From the NCBI GenBank assembly GCA_036160375.1, contig JAYYDY010000035.1:13033-77032 (forward strand): a DNA stretch of 64,000 bases. The letters are read 5' to 3'. The translations under genes and the position numbers were made by a program. This DNA comes from Thermoplasmatota archaeon. GTDB taxonomy: Archaea > Thermoplasmatota > Poseidoniia > Poseidoniales > Poseidoniaceae. The notes below the pieces were generated by a model. It had not been told where the DNA came from. It made no database searches and saw only the letters and a list, made by a program, of their open reading frames with translations. Positions 17,439-31,121 of this stretch are shown piece by piece (the stretch's first letter is position 1; each line of letters opens with the position of its first letter).

Positions 17439-18641
17439 TTAGCGTTTTCCTCTGGCTTCAATCACCACGAGCAAGCCAAGAATGCTGACCAGTCCAACTG
17501 AGGCCATGACTACGAGGCCGGTGTTTTGATGGGGGTGGGCTTCGGATTCGCCTTCTTCGGGCTCTTCAACCGAGGGCGTGTCCTCTTCGCCCGTGGGGTC
17601 TGTTGAAGGGTTGATGTTGACGAAGGCATCGGTGCGCAATCCCAGTTCGACAAGCCGGCCCACCTTGGCCAGCGATTCAGCGCTGACCTTGTCGGGGGTG
17701 TCCTCCATCGTGTGCCAGTACGAACCGAACGTGTAGGGCTTGGGCACGCCGAAGGAGGTGTCCATGAGGTCGATGGCAGGGATGCCGAGGTTGTGCGCAT
17801 GGACGTGATCGTCCAGCACGTACACGGTGGTCTCGTAGTGGAGAACATCCAAGCCGGGCTCGCCGTTGCAAGAGGTGGTGCCGTTCACCAACCCCAACGA
17901 GGTGCCGAGTTCGACCACCCTCGATTTGAGTGTGGCGTTGCCGGGCGCGATGTCGTGGAGTTGCAAGTCAGCGTCTCCTACCATGTCCAGCAACACAAAG
18001 GCATGGGTGGCATTGATGTCGTCCTGCGTGAGGTTTTCCGCCCAGGCTTCTGCGCCCAGCGTGTACTTGGGCTGCTGGTCCTCAGCGTCGTTGAAGAACA
18101 ACACCACGTCGTACTCCAAGTTCATGTGCGGAATGTGGCGAGCAAGCTCCAAAAGCACGGCCACTCCACTCGCTGCATCGTTGGCGCCTGGAACCGGGAG
18201 GGATTGGTTGCTTTCATTTTCGTCCTGGTCGGCCACATTGCGAGAATCATAGTGAGCTGAGAGCACGAGTTGGCCGTTGCTGGTTGAGTTCGAGGGCCAA
18301 CGTGCAAAGAGGTTCGTGAGTTCCATGCCGTAGCGTTCGTGCGTCTGGTTGCTCACTTCGTAGCCAAGCGACTCGAGGTCGGCCGTGATGCTGGCCCGGA
18401 ATTCGGCTGAGGCGTTTGAACCGGGGATGCGGGGCCCCAATCCGACCTGCCAGGCAATCGATGCGTTGGCATGGGTTCCGTTAAACTGCAACTCGTCGAT
18501 GGTGGAGCACAGCATGGAAGGTTCAAGCTCCTCAAACGAGGCGTGCGAAACCGGAGCGGTTGAGGCCAGCACCATGCTGGCGAGAACAGCCAACATGAGG
18601 CCACGCGTTGCGGTTGAAGCACGCATGTTTGCATGATGCAT
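17439..18641 (-). CDS. M28-family zinc aminopeptidase, secreted/membrane-anchored
   Basis: GANDAASGVAVLLELAR is an M28 metal-ligand region. HYDS..D. is present upstream. Signal peptide MRASTATRGLMLAVLASMVLAS. C-terminal TM anchor LVVMASVGLVSILGLLVVI. Start chosen at MHHANMRAS (Met107 of track ORF). Confidence 0.7.
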   Translation of the reverse strand: MHHANMRASTATRGLMLAVLASMVLASTAPVSHASFEELEPSMLCSTIDELQFNGTHANASIAWQVGLGPRIPGSNASAEFRASITADLESLGYEVSNQTHERYGMELTNLFARWPSNSTSNGQLVLSAHYDSRNVADQDENESNQSLPVPGANDAASGVAVLLELARHIPHMNLEYDVVLFFNDAEDQQPKYTLGAEAWAENLTQDDINATHAFVLLDMVGDADLQLHDIAPGNATLKSRVVELGTSLGLVNGTTSCNGEPGLDVLHYETTVYVLDDHVHAHNLGIPAIDLMDTSFGVPKPYTFGSYWHTMEDTPDKVSAESLAKVGRLVELGLRTDAFVNINPSTDPTGEEDTPSVEEPEEGESEAHPHQNTGLVVMASVGLVSILGLLVVIEARGKR

Positions 18642-18663
18642 GATGACGCCTCGACCACGGACT

Positions 18664-18696
18664 CTTAAATACCTCCTTTCTTCTCGCAAAATAGGG
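18664..18696 (+). promoter_or_regulatory. candidate TATA elements (CTTAAATAC; AAAATAGGG) in the 75-bp divergent spacer between the M28 peptidase and the giant PKD-protease gene
   Basis: AT-rich motifs 30-60 nt upstream of ATG 18726. Confidence 0.25.
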
Positions 18697-18725
18697 AATC
18701 CGTAACACGATTCTCGTTGGTGATT

Positions 18726-21700
18726 GACATGTCGGAACGGCGCTCCAGTCCAGCTTTTGCTTTCGTCTTGCTGATGCTCGTGTCCAGCACGGCGCCCCTC
18801 CTGATGAGCGTGGCTGCCGAAGGAGGCGAGGAAGCGACTTCTACCAACGCCTACAATGCGGGCGGCGTGATCATCGGAGATTTGGATGAATTTGACCCCA
18901 GTGAAGGAAGTGAGTATTTGTTTATTCATGAAGATGAGCCCGTTGTCTCCGCCACACAATTCATGAGACAGGCATGGATCGACGAAGGCCGACCCGGCGT
19001 GGACGACATGGTGATTGAGCCCTCGATGGGGCGCTCATCCGGTCGTGCTTGCACCCCTCATGTCGCCGGCGACACGCTCACGGTCCCCATCTCTGGTGGC
19101 TCTATTTCGGCCTACGTTGCAAAAACAACCACGACGGTTGCCTTCATCGTCCAAAGCGGGCGCACGCTCTCCTCCACCGTCCTCAACAACTTAGCGAGCA
19201 CGTGGGATTCCACCATTTACCCCACCATGACGACCTATTACGGTAAGGACTACCAGGACGGACGAGGCCTTGCGCCGCCCGACATCGACAACAATTGCCA
19301 GGTTCAAATCGTCATCTACGACATTGACGGTGCGTACAACACGGGCGGCTACTTTGCGCCTTCCTTCTCTTCCTCTCGCGAGGCCGTGTTCGTGGATTAT
19401 GCCGACATCACCCTTTCTTGGGGGCGCTCCATCCTCGCCCACGAGCTCGAGCATTTGTTGCACAACGCCCTTGACCCCTACGAGAACCTCTGGATCGATG
19501 AAGGGAACGCCGACGTGGCGATTTACCTCTGCTTCGGTGCAGATTCAACCCTGACCGGCCACGTGAATGCGTGGACGGGTGCGCCCGAACAATCGGTGCG
19601 ATGGTGGAATCAGCGCATTGCGGACTACGGCGCTGGCTACATGTTCACGATGTACCTTGCCGAACACCTCGGCGGCGGCCCCGCCGTTCGTCAACTCGTG
19701 CAGGACTCGGCAACGGGCGGCAGGGGTGTTGAGAACCTGCTTCTCTCGCCACAAAGCGGGCAGGTCGGCCTTCTTGGTCGAACGATGAACGAAGCCTTTG
19801 CGAACTTCAGCATTGCAGCCACCCTCGATTCCGACCAAGGCATCTACGGCTATCCGAACCTTGACCTCAACCCCGTCTGCACCGGTGGGGCGTTCTGCAG
19901 GGCGCAGCCAACCGAAGTCAACAGCGATTGGTCCACCCCTTGGTCCTCTACCGGCAACACCCTCGAAGGATGGGGTATACGGTCGTTCCAGTTCACACCA
20001 GGCGCCGCTTCACCCGCACCGCTGACCCTTCGTTTGACGGCTGACAAGAGCCAGTTCGACGGCGTGATCGTCACCAAGGCCGTTTCGGACGGTCTGTGGA
20101 GTGTCACCGACCTGAACTTCGTGAACAACGTGGCCACCGGCTTGGTGCCTGGATTCGGCAACCTTACCGACGAAGTTTGGGTGATCACCTGGTACGCTTC
20201 CACCGTAGCGGATTGCGACTACACCTCGTGCGGCCCCTCCTATCCTGAAGGGACCGTTGACATTGAGGCTGCCCGAATCACTTCGCCCGCCACGCTGTCA
20301 CTCAACAACACGGTGCTCTCGGACCGAGACGGTGATGGCATGGAAGACACGGTGGAAATCAACTACGGTGTCCTTTCCAATGCGTTCTTTGAGGATCTCG
20401 ATGTCGAAATCACCGTTCGTGATGCGAGCGGCATGGTCGTGGACACCATCACCGACCGAATCGCTGCCGGCGGCGGCGTCACCGTCGACAGCCAGGTCTA
20501 CTTCACGGCACCACTGGCCGACCAGTATGCTTTTGACATGGTCATGAAGGACATGCTTGGTGAACCGGTTGACACCCTCCAAACATCGCCTCAAATGTTG
20601 AACAACATGCGACCTGTGGCCAACGGGAGTGTCTCGCTCACCGATGTTCAGACATGGGAGAACATTCAGTTCCAAGGCGCCGGGTTTGATGCATGGGGCC
20701 TTTCCCTCTCCAACAACAGCCTGCCCTACCTCGACGCGCCGACGGCTTATGCGTGGGTGTTTGGCGACAACGCCTCATCAAACCTCAAATCGCCCCTCCG
20801 TGCCTACACAGAGGTTGGAAGCTACAACGCCACCCTGCGCGTGATGGACCAGGGCGGAACGTGGTCTGAGACGCAAGTCCACGCCATTAACGTCAGTGAC
20901 ATCACGGAACCGTTGCCGGTCATCACCGTGAACAACGTGGTGATAGAAGACAACATTTCCTTGTTAACCGGTCAGCGTATTCTCTTCTCAGCGGGTCGCT
21001 CTGTGGACAACGTTCCCATTGACCACCTTGAATTCCAGTGGGACTGGGGCGATGGCACGCAAAGCGGCGGTGTTGGCGTCTATTCACAACAGCACGAATG
21101 GGATGACATCGACGGGGAAAGTGAGACGTTCAACCTCACCCTTACCGTCTCCGACGGTATCAACGTTGGAACGAAGACGCTTCTCGTTCACATCAACAAC
21201 AGGGTGCCTGTCCAAATTTATGCAGAGACGTTGACCACCATGACCTACACCAGTTTGGTCCTTCCCGATGTGTTTGTGGACGACGACGGTGAACTCCTCA
21301 CCTATGCATGGTCTTTCCCGGACGGTGTTCGCGTTGGAACGGGGACGCCGACCCGAAACGATGACTTCTCCACGGTGAGCAGCAGTGCCACGAACCCCAT
21401 TGTGGCTTGGGATGTACCGGGCAACAAGACCGTCTCGCTTACGGTCACGGACGACGACGGCAGTCAAGCCACGGCCGTCCTCAACGTGGTGGTGTTGAAC
21501 CAAATGCCTGTGGCCACCTTTGACGTCAGGACGCTTTCGGCGATGGGTTCACGTGAAATTGACTTCCGAGAGGAAGACGGCGAGGTCGACACGGCCTACG
21601 TGTTTGACGGACTCGACAGCATGGACCCCGATGGTTCAGTGGGTGATTCTACGGACATCGAAGTGTGGAACTGGACCTTTTCCGACGGCACCTTCGGTGA

Positions 21701-22934
21701 CCGCCCCCAAGTGACCCACACGTTCACCACCCCTGGTGTTCACACCGTGTCCCTGGTCGTCACCGACAAGGACGGGCAGGAGAGTTTCGCCCGTACCATG
21801 ACGGTTCGCATCGCGAATCCGCTCCCCATCATTCAGGTCCGCATCTTGGACGGGTACATCGGGGACGACATCATCACCACCTCGACGCCGTTCCCCGAGG
21901 GGACCGTCCCCGACGGATGGTCGCACACCTTCAACGAGGACGGCGCCGTGGTAACCGCACCCGAGCGCATGCTCTACTTCGATTCCTCAGGAACACGAGA
22001 CGGCGACCGCCAATTCGAGGGCAAGTACGTTCCCTTTGAAGTGGAATCGCCCGACTGGAACGGCTTGGTCCAATACACCTGGGACTTCGGCGATGCGACG
22101 CCTCTGGTTCACGAGGCGACGCCATGGCACGCCTACACGCTCCCCGGCACTTACACGGTTTCGCTCACCGTGCGAGACGGGTTTGGAACGGGTGATGTGT
22201 CTCGCCAAACCTTCACCGTGGTGGTTGACGAGCCACCCGAGGCGCGGGAGATCTACGTTCCAGAGAACATCTTTGCGGGCTCGTCCATCTCCTTTGACGC
22301 CGATGTGTTTGACGCCGAAGCTGGTAGCGAAATGGAGATTTATCGCGACTTGGATGTGGAGGACGGCTCCATCACCGAGCGAGACGAGCGCATCCTCACG
22401 CAATTCACCGTTCGTTGGGACTTCGACATCGAAACCGATGAAGATGAAAACGGCAATCCTGCCGACGATTGGGTAACGCCCATCGCTGGCTCTCCGGTCC
22501 GCACCATCAACACTTGGGAGGCCACAGGTTTCTACACCGTGTTGGTGGAAGTTTGCGATGGGATGGGTCAGTGCGACATCTTGACCGAGGACATTGAAGT
22601 GGTCCCGGAGCCCGAAGGCCCGCCCTCCCTGTCTGACTTCAGCGCTGATGAGTGGAAATCTTGGTTGGCCGATGCGGGTTCCGAACTCGCGACCTTCATT
22701 GCGCTCATCGTGGTGGCCCTCGTCTTGGGTTGGCTCGTGATGCGTGAGCCATCGGCGCTCGAGGAAGAAGCCAAGGAAGCCGCTGAGACGTACACCGATA
22801 TTGAGCATGTTGAGTCGCAAGGTGGTTTGCTGGGTATGGACCATCACATGCCACCGCCCGCCCCGAAGATCCTCTCAAAGGATGAACGCCGGAACGATGA
22901 GAGTGGCTATGTTCGCCCCCTGCGCCGTCGTTGA
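18726..22934 (+). CDS. very large surface protein: N-terminal gluzincin-type metalloprotease domain, at least six PKD repeats, C-terminal TM anchor
   Basis: Signal peptide MSERRSSPAFAFVLLMLVSSTAPLLMSVAA. ILAHELEHLLHNAL...WIDEGNAD is HExxH plus a downstream Glu. PKD motifs WDWGDGT, WNWTFSDGT..HTFTTPGVHTVSLVVTDKDG, YTWDFGDAT..YTVSLTVRDGFG and others. C-terminal TM LATFIALIVVALVLGWLVM plus a cytoplasmic tail. The track ORF starts at GTG 18717; the first ATG is at 18726. Confidence 0.7.
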   Translation, partial: DMSERRSSPAFAFVLLMLVSSTAPLLMSVAAEGGEEATSTNAYNAGGVIIGDLDEFDPSEGSEYLFIHEDEPVVSATQFMRQAWIDEGRPGVDDMVIEPSMGRSSGRACTPHVAGDTLTVPISGGSISAYVAKTTTTVAFIVQSGRTLSSTVLNNLASTWDSTIYPTMTTYYGKDYQDGRGLAPPDIDNNCQVQIVIYDIDGAYNTGGYFAPSFSSSREAVFVDYADITLSWGRSILAHELEHLLHNALDPYENLWIDEGNADVAIYLCFGADSTLTGHVNAWTGAPEQSVRWWNQRIADYGAGYMFTMYLAEHLGGGPAVRQLVQDSATGGRGVENLLLSPQSGQVGLLGRTMNEAFANFSIAATLDSDQGIYGYPNLDLNPVCTGGAFCRAQPTEVNSDWSTPWSSTGNTLEGWGIRSFQFTPGAASPAPLTLRLTADKSQFDGVIVTKAVSDGLWSVTDLNFVNNVATGLVPGFGNLTDEVWVITWYASTVADCDYTSCGPSYPEGTVDIEAARITSPATLSLNNTVLSDRDGDGMEDTVEINYGVLSNAFFEDLDVEITVRDASGMVVDTITDRIAAGGGVTVDSQVYFTAPLADQYAFDMVMKDMLGEPVDTLQTSPQMLNNMRPVANGSVSLTDVQTWENIQFQGAGFDAWGLSLSNNSLPYLDAPTAYAWVFGDNASSNLKSPLRAYTEVGSYNATLRVMDQGGTWSETQVHAINVSDITEPLPVITVNNVVIEDNISLLTGQRILFSAGRSVDNVPIDHLEFQWDWGDGTQSGGVGVYSQQHEWDDIDGESETFNLTLTVSDGINVGTKTLLVHINNRVPVQIYAETLTTMTYTSLVLPDVFVDDDGELLTYAWSFPDGVRVGTGTPTRNDDFSTVSSSATNPIVAWDVPGNKTVSLTVTDDDGSQATAVLNVVVLNQMPVATFDVRTLSAMGSREIDFREEDGEVDTAYVFDGLDSMDPDGSVGDSTDIEVWNWTFSDGTFGDRPQVTHTFTTPGVHTVSLVVTDKDGQESFARTMTVRIANPLPIIQVRILDGYIGDDIITTSTPFPEGTVPDGWSHTFNEDGAVVTAPERMLYFDSSGTRDGDRQFEGKYVPFEVESPDWNGLVQYTWDFGDATPLVHEATPWHAYTLPGTYTVSLTVRDGFGTGDVSRQTFTVVVDEPPEAREIYVPENIFAGSSISFDADVFDAEAGSEMEIYRDLDVEDGSITERDERILTQFTVRWDFDIETDEDENGNPADDWVTPIAGSPVRTINTWEATGFYTVLVEVCDGMGQCDILTEDIEVVPEPEGPPSLSDFSADEWKSWLADAGSELATFIALIVVALVLGWLVMREPSALEEEAKEAAETYTDIEHVESQGGLLGMDHHMPPPAPKILSKDERRNDESGYVRPLRRR

Positions 22935-22978
22935 GGGAATGTCCTAAAACCGAGCAGGACCGTCTCCGACCGGGTGAA

Positions 22979-24010
22979 GGCATGCGAACGACATCGGCGG
23001 TCGCCTTGATGGTCCTGGTGGCCATCCTCGTTTCGCCAAGCACGAGCGTGCTGCCTTCGGCTCAAGCGGCCACGGGATGCGAGGGTCAAGTAGCCACGCC
23101 TGAATGGAACACCAGCCTTCAGCACATGGCGTTGGTGCCTCATTGGAGCAGCCCTTACGCCTTCGACCCCTACTACGGCGAACCCGTTTATGCGACGGAG
23201 GGCAGAGATCACGAGGAGTACTACGAAACCAACGTCGGCGACCTTGACCCGGCCCTACACCCCGAGGAGCCGTGGGTCTACAATCCAATTTGGCCGCTGC
23301 CACGTCTTGATCCGCTCACCTCAGGGCAGTACACCGTCATGGAAATCGGAAACGACAGTTCTGGCGTGCTCCGGATGAACCTCTCCAGTTCGCATCGCAC
23401 CACCTTCTGCATCTCCCTGTATGAAACGGACGGGAACACCACGAAACCGGCGACGGCCGATGTCTACTTGATGACCACAACGCAATACGATGCCTACGGC
23501 GAAGTGTATCGGATGATGCACGGCGGTTGGTGGTGGGATGACCTCGACATTGCGGGTGGCGACGGAGACGTCCTCAGCGATATCCCGCCTGAATGGCGCA
23601 GTTTCAACCCGCTTGGCTGGCAATCGTATCGCGATGTCCATCAATACGAACAGCGGGAAGAACTCACGTTCTCCGTCGCCATGGACGGTCCAGAGGTCTA
23701 TTCCTCGCTCTTCGGTGGTTCGGAATGGCAGGATTTCTACCTCGTTATCGATGCTTGGGACAACACCAACGACGATGATGCAGCCGCCTTGAACAGCGTC
23801 TTGGTCGCCGACATCACCGTGCTCCCTACGGAACGTTCGGCGCTTCTTCCACCCTGGACGGTGCCGCTCACGCTGTTTGTTTTGCTGGCAGCCGTGGTCG
23901 TGGTTCCTGTGGTTCTCAACAGCCGGTACATGCAGGCTGGCCTTGACCAACAATCAGCCAAGGAAACGCCTGTCCCGGTGATGGAACAGTCTGCAGCTCA
24001 ACTCGAATAG
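22979..24010 (+). CDS. type I membrane/surface protein (hypothetical)
   Basis: Signal peptide MRTTSAVALMVLVAILVSPSTSVLPSAQA. C-terminal TM LTLFVLLAAVVVVPVVL. Trp/Asp-rich ectodomain. The track ORF begins at 22931, overlapping the stop of the giant protease gene. Confidence 0.4.
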   Translation, partial: GMRTTSAVALMVLVAILVSPSTSVLPSAQAATGCEGQVATPEWNTSLQHMALVPHWSSPYAFDPYYGEPVYATEGRDHEEYYETNVGDLDPALHPEEPWVYNPIWPLPRLDPLTSGQYTVMEIGNDSSGVLRMNLSSSHRTTFCISLYETDGNTTKPATADVYLMTTTQYDAYGEVYRMMHGGWWWDDLDIAGGDGDVLSDIPPEWRSFNPLGWQSYRDVHQYEQREELTFSVAMDGPEVYSSLFGGSEWQDFYLVIDAWDNTNDDDAAALNSVLVADITVLPTERSALLPPWTVPLTLFVLLAAVVVVPVVLNSRYMQAGLDQQSAKETPVPVMEQSAAQLE

Positions 24011-24013
24011 AAC

Positions 24014-24811
24014 TCAGTATTCCAACAGAGTCCAGGCGTTCTTGAGGTCTCGAATGTTGACGAGGCCCTTGTTGGAGAGTTTGAACTCCGAGCGAAGGGT
24101 AGCGTAGACAAGCGATTGGCCGAGAACGGGAGCATGAAGCCGAGCCCAATCGCCGCCGTTGCCCAGCGCCATCATGGAAAAGGCGTGCTTCGAGCTCTTG
24201 AGTTCGTAGCTGGCCTCGACGATCTGGAGTGCATCTTGGTGGTCGTTGACGGTTCCACAGAACTTGAACACCTCGCCCTCCTTCGCGTGCTCGTTGACCA
24301 TGCCCACGAGTTCTTCAGCGCTGGGGGTGGTGGTGGTGTCGTGAATCGAAGAGATCACGCGGACACCAGCGCCGTTGGCTTTTTCGAGCAGGTCGGTACG
24401 AACACTGTCCTCGATGGACAATTCAAGGTCCACCGAGTTGACGCCCGATGCGATGGCCTTTTCGAGAATTTCATGGCGTTGACTGGCTTCGCCGGGATAG
24501 TGGCCGCCCTCTTCGGTTGGGCGAACCGTGAAGATGACCGGGAGCGGGATGCTCTCCTTGAGGTTCTGAATGCAAGTGTCCACATCGATGCTTTCCATCT
24601 CACGAACAGGCCACTCACTTTCTGGTGGCATCACGTGCTTGACTTCACCGTCTTCGCCCTCGACAGGTTGTGCCTCGGGTCGCTTCAGGTAGAGTCGGTC
24701 AAATCGGACTTCAACAAGGTCGGCGCCAGCGAGGTTGGCTCGTGCTGCTTCGTCCGCCATCTCTTTCACGGTCGTTCCTTCCAAAGAAACGCACACTTTT
24801 GGGTCAGCCAT
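24014..24811 (-). CDS. aroD: 3-dehydroquinate dehydratase, type I
   Basis: N-terminal KVCVSLEG.T..E......A.LAGADLVEVRFDRL matches the type I DHQase TIM-barrel start. About 265 aa. Confidence 0.65.
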   Translation of the reverse strand: MADPKVCVSLEGTTVKEMADEAARANLAGADLVEVRFDRLYLKRPEAQPVEGEDGEVKHVMPPESEWPVREMESIDVDTCIQNLKESIPLPVIFTVRPTEEGGHYPGEASQRHEILEKAIASGVNSVDLELSIEDSVRTDLLEKANGAGVRVISSIHDTTTTPSAEELVGMVNEHAKEGEVFKFCGTVNDHQDALQIVEASYELKSSKHAFSMMALGNGGDWARLHAPVLGQSLVYATLRSEFKLSNKGLVNIRDLKNAWTLLEY

Positions 24812-25052
24812 GCAGCACCCATCTGACCCCTCTTCTTAACGGTCACGCTGGCTTTATCATCGCTTTTTCTCACCAAAACCAACGTCACCTGTTGTTTGAT
24901 GAGCATTGAGGTTGAGTGATGATGGTAAAGGGGGTATTCGGTGGCAAAAAATGGGCCGCAATCCACCGTTTTTCTGTGAGAAAAAGAGGTATGTTTATAC
25001 CCCGTGGCGAGCAGTATATTTTGAAGGAGGAAAGCGGCGTTCTTGCATGACC

Positions 25053-25078
25053 AAAATCGCCCGCAGCCTACCGATTTT
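25053..25078. promoter_or_regulatory. 7-bp inverted repeat AAAATCG-N12-CGATTTT 22-47 nt upstream of the gyrB start
   Basis: Read directly. The 290-bp AT-rich aroD/gyrB divergent spacer also carries TATA-like elements: GGTATGTTTATACC palindrome at about 24988-25001 and GTATATTTTG at about 25013-25022. Confidence 0.3.
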
Positions 25079-25090
25079 AACATGTTTTGA

Positions 25091-29756
<4,666 letters not shown>

Positions 29757-29855
29757 TGCGTCCCTCATCTTCGGGATTGGGCGTCAACGCAAGCGAGCGA
29801 CGCATTCAAACGGGATGCCGATGTCTTCGGCCCGCAAGGGGTCTTCCCTCCTGCG

Positions 29856-31121
29856 GTGAGATTGATGGACGAGCGTTCTTTGATTTACGATTGGAACACG
29901 GTGGAGTACGACTTCAAGCGTGATGCGAACAACCATCCTCACGGGGTTTGGTTTGACGATGAAACCTTGCGCGACGGACTTCAGAGCCCCAGCGCACGCA
30001 ACCCCACCATTGAGCAGAAGATTGAACTTCTCGGCTACATGGAACAACTCGGTTTGCAAAAGGTCGACCTCGGCCTGCCAGGGGCTGGCCCGTTCCACCG
30101 CAACCACATCGATGCCATGCTCACCCACATCCGGGAAAACGACTACGCCATCCGCCCGGGTGCGGCCGTTCGAACCCTGATGGGTGACATCGAACCGCTG
30201 GTGGAGATGCAGGCCAAGCACGAAATGGAGATCCAAGCCTCCGCCTTCCTCGGCACCAGCCCCATCCGTCAGTACACGGAAGGCTGGACGATGGAGAAAC
30301 TCATGACCACGATGGAAAAGGCCGTCTCTTACGCTGTTGAGAACGACGTTCCTGTGATGTTTGTCACCGAGGACACCACGCGGTCCAATCCTGAGGATGT
30401 CAAGATGATCTATCAGCGTGCCATGGAACTCGGTGTGCGCCGCCTGTGTGTGTGCGATACCTGCGGCCATGTAACGCCCAACGGCGTCAAGAAACTCCTC
30501 GCCTTCATCGACGAGGAGGTCATCAAGGACGCAGGCTACCAGCGCCGGGACATCGAAGTCAACTGGCACGGCCACCAAGACCGTGGTCTTGGCGTTGCCA
30601 ACAACATCGCTGCGGTGGAAGCCGGCGCTGATGTGATTCACGGCACGGCCCTCGGCGTCGGAGAGCGAGCCGGGAACGCCCCGCTCGACCAGACCCTGGT
30701 CAATTTGAAGCTCATGGGTGTCATCGACAACGACTTGACGTTGCTGGACACCTACATGCAGAAGGCCAACGAATACATCGAGGTCCCGCTGCCACGAAAC
30801 TACCCCGTCTTCGGTGAAGATGCCTTTGAAACCGGTACCGGCGTGCACGCTTCAGCCGTCATCAAGGCCATGCGAAAAGGCGACAACTGGCTCGCTGACC
30901 GAGTCTACTCTGGCGTTCCTGCCGGTGATTTCGGTTTGAAGCAAGTCATCCGAATCGGGCACATGTCCGGTCGTTCGAACATCATTTGGTGGTTGGAACA
31001 AGAGGGCATTGAACCTCAGGACGACTTGGTCGCTCACCTGTTTGAGGTGGCCAAGAGCCAGAAGCGAAACATGCTCGACGAGGAAATTCACGCTGCGGTC
31101 GCGGCGTTCAGTGCCTCTTGA
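29856..31121 (+). CDS. DRE-TIM metallolyase (HMGL-like) family enzyme: isopropylmalate/homocitrate/citramalate synthase-like, without a long regulatory domain
   Basis: DETLRDGLQS (DTTLRDGEQ-like). HGHQDRGLGVANNIAAVEAGADVIHGT (HxH metal site as in LeuA/NifV). 421 aa. Confidence 0.65.
   Translation: MRLMDERSLIYDWNTVEYDFKRDANNHPHGVWFDDETLRDGLQSPSARNPTIEQKIELLGYMEQLGLQKVDLGLPGAGPFHRNHIDAMLTHIRENDYAIRPGAAVRTLMGDIEPLVEMQAKHEMEIQASAFLGTSPIRQYTEGWTMEKLMTTMEKAVSYAVENDVPVMFVTEDTTRSNPEDVKMIYQRAMELGVRRLCVCDTCGHVTPNGVKKLLAFIDEEVIKDAGYQRRDIEVNWHGHQDRGLGVANNIAAVEAGADVIHGTALGVGERAGNAPLDQTLVNLKLMGVIDNDLTLLDTYMQKANEYIEVPLPRNYPVFGEDAFETGTGVHASAVIKAMRKGDNWLADRVYSGVPAGDFGLKQVIRIGHMSGRSNIIWWLEQEGIEPQDDLVAHLFEVAKSQKRNMLDEEIHAAVAAFSAS

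Noticed and set aside
21030-21045. TTCCAGTGGGA resembling the archaeal ORB core
   Set aside because: A single occurrence inside the PKD-protease coding region (it encodes part of a WDWGDGT PKD motif). No partner repeat or AT-rich DUE.
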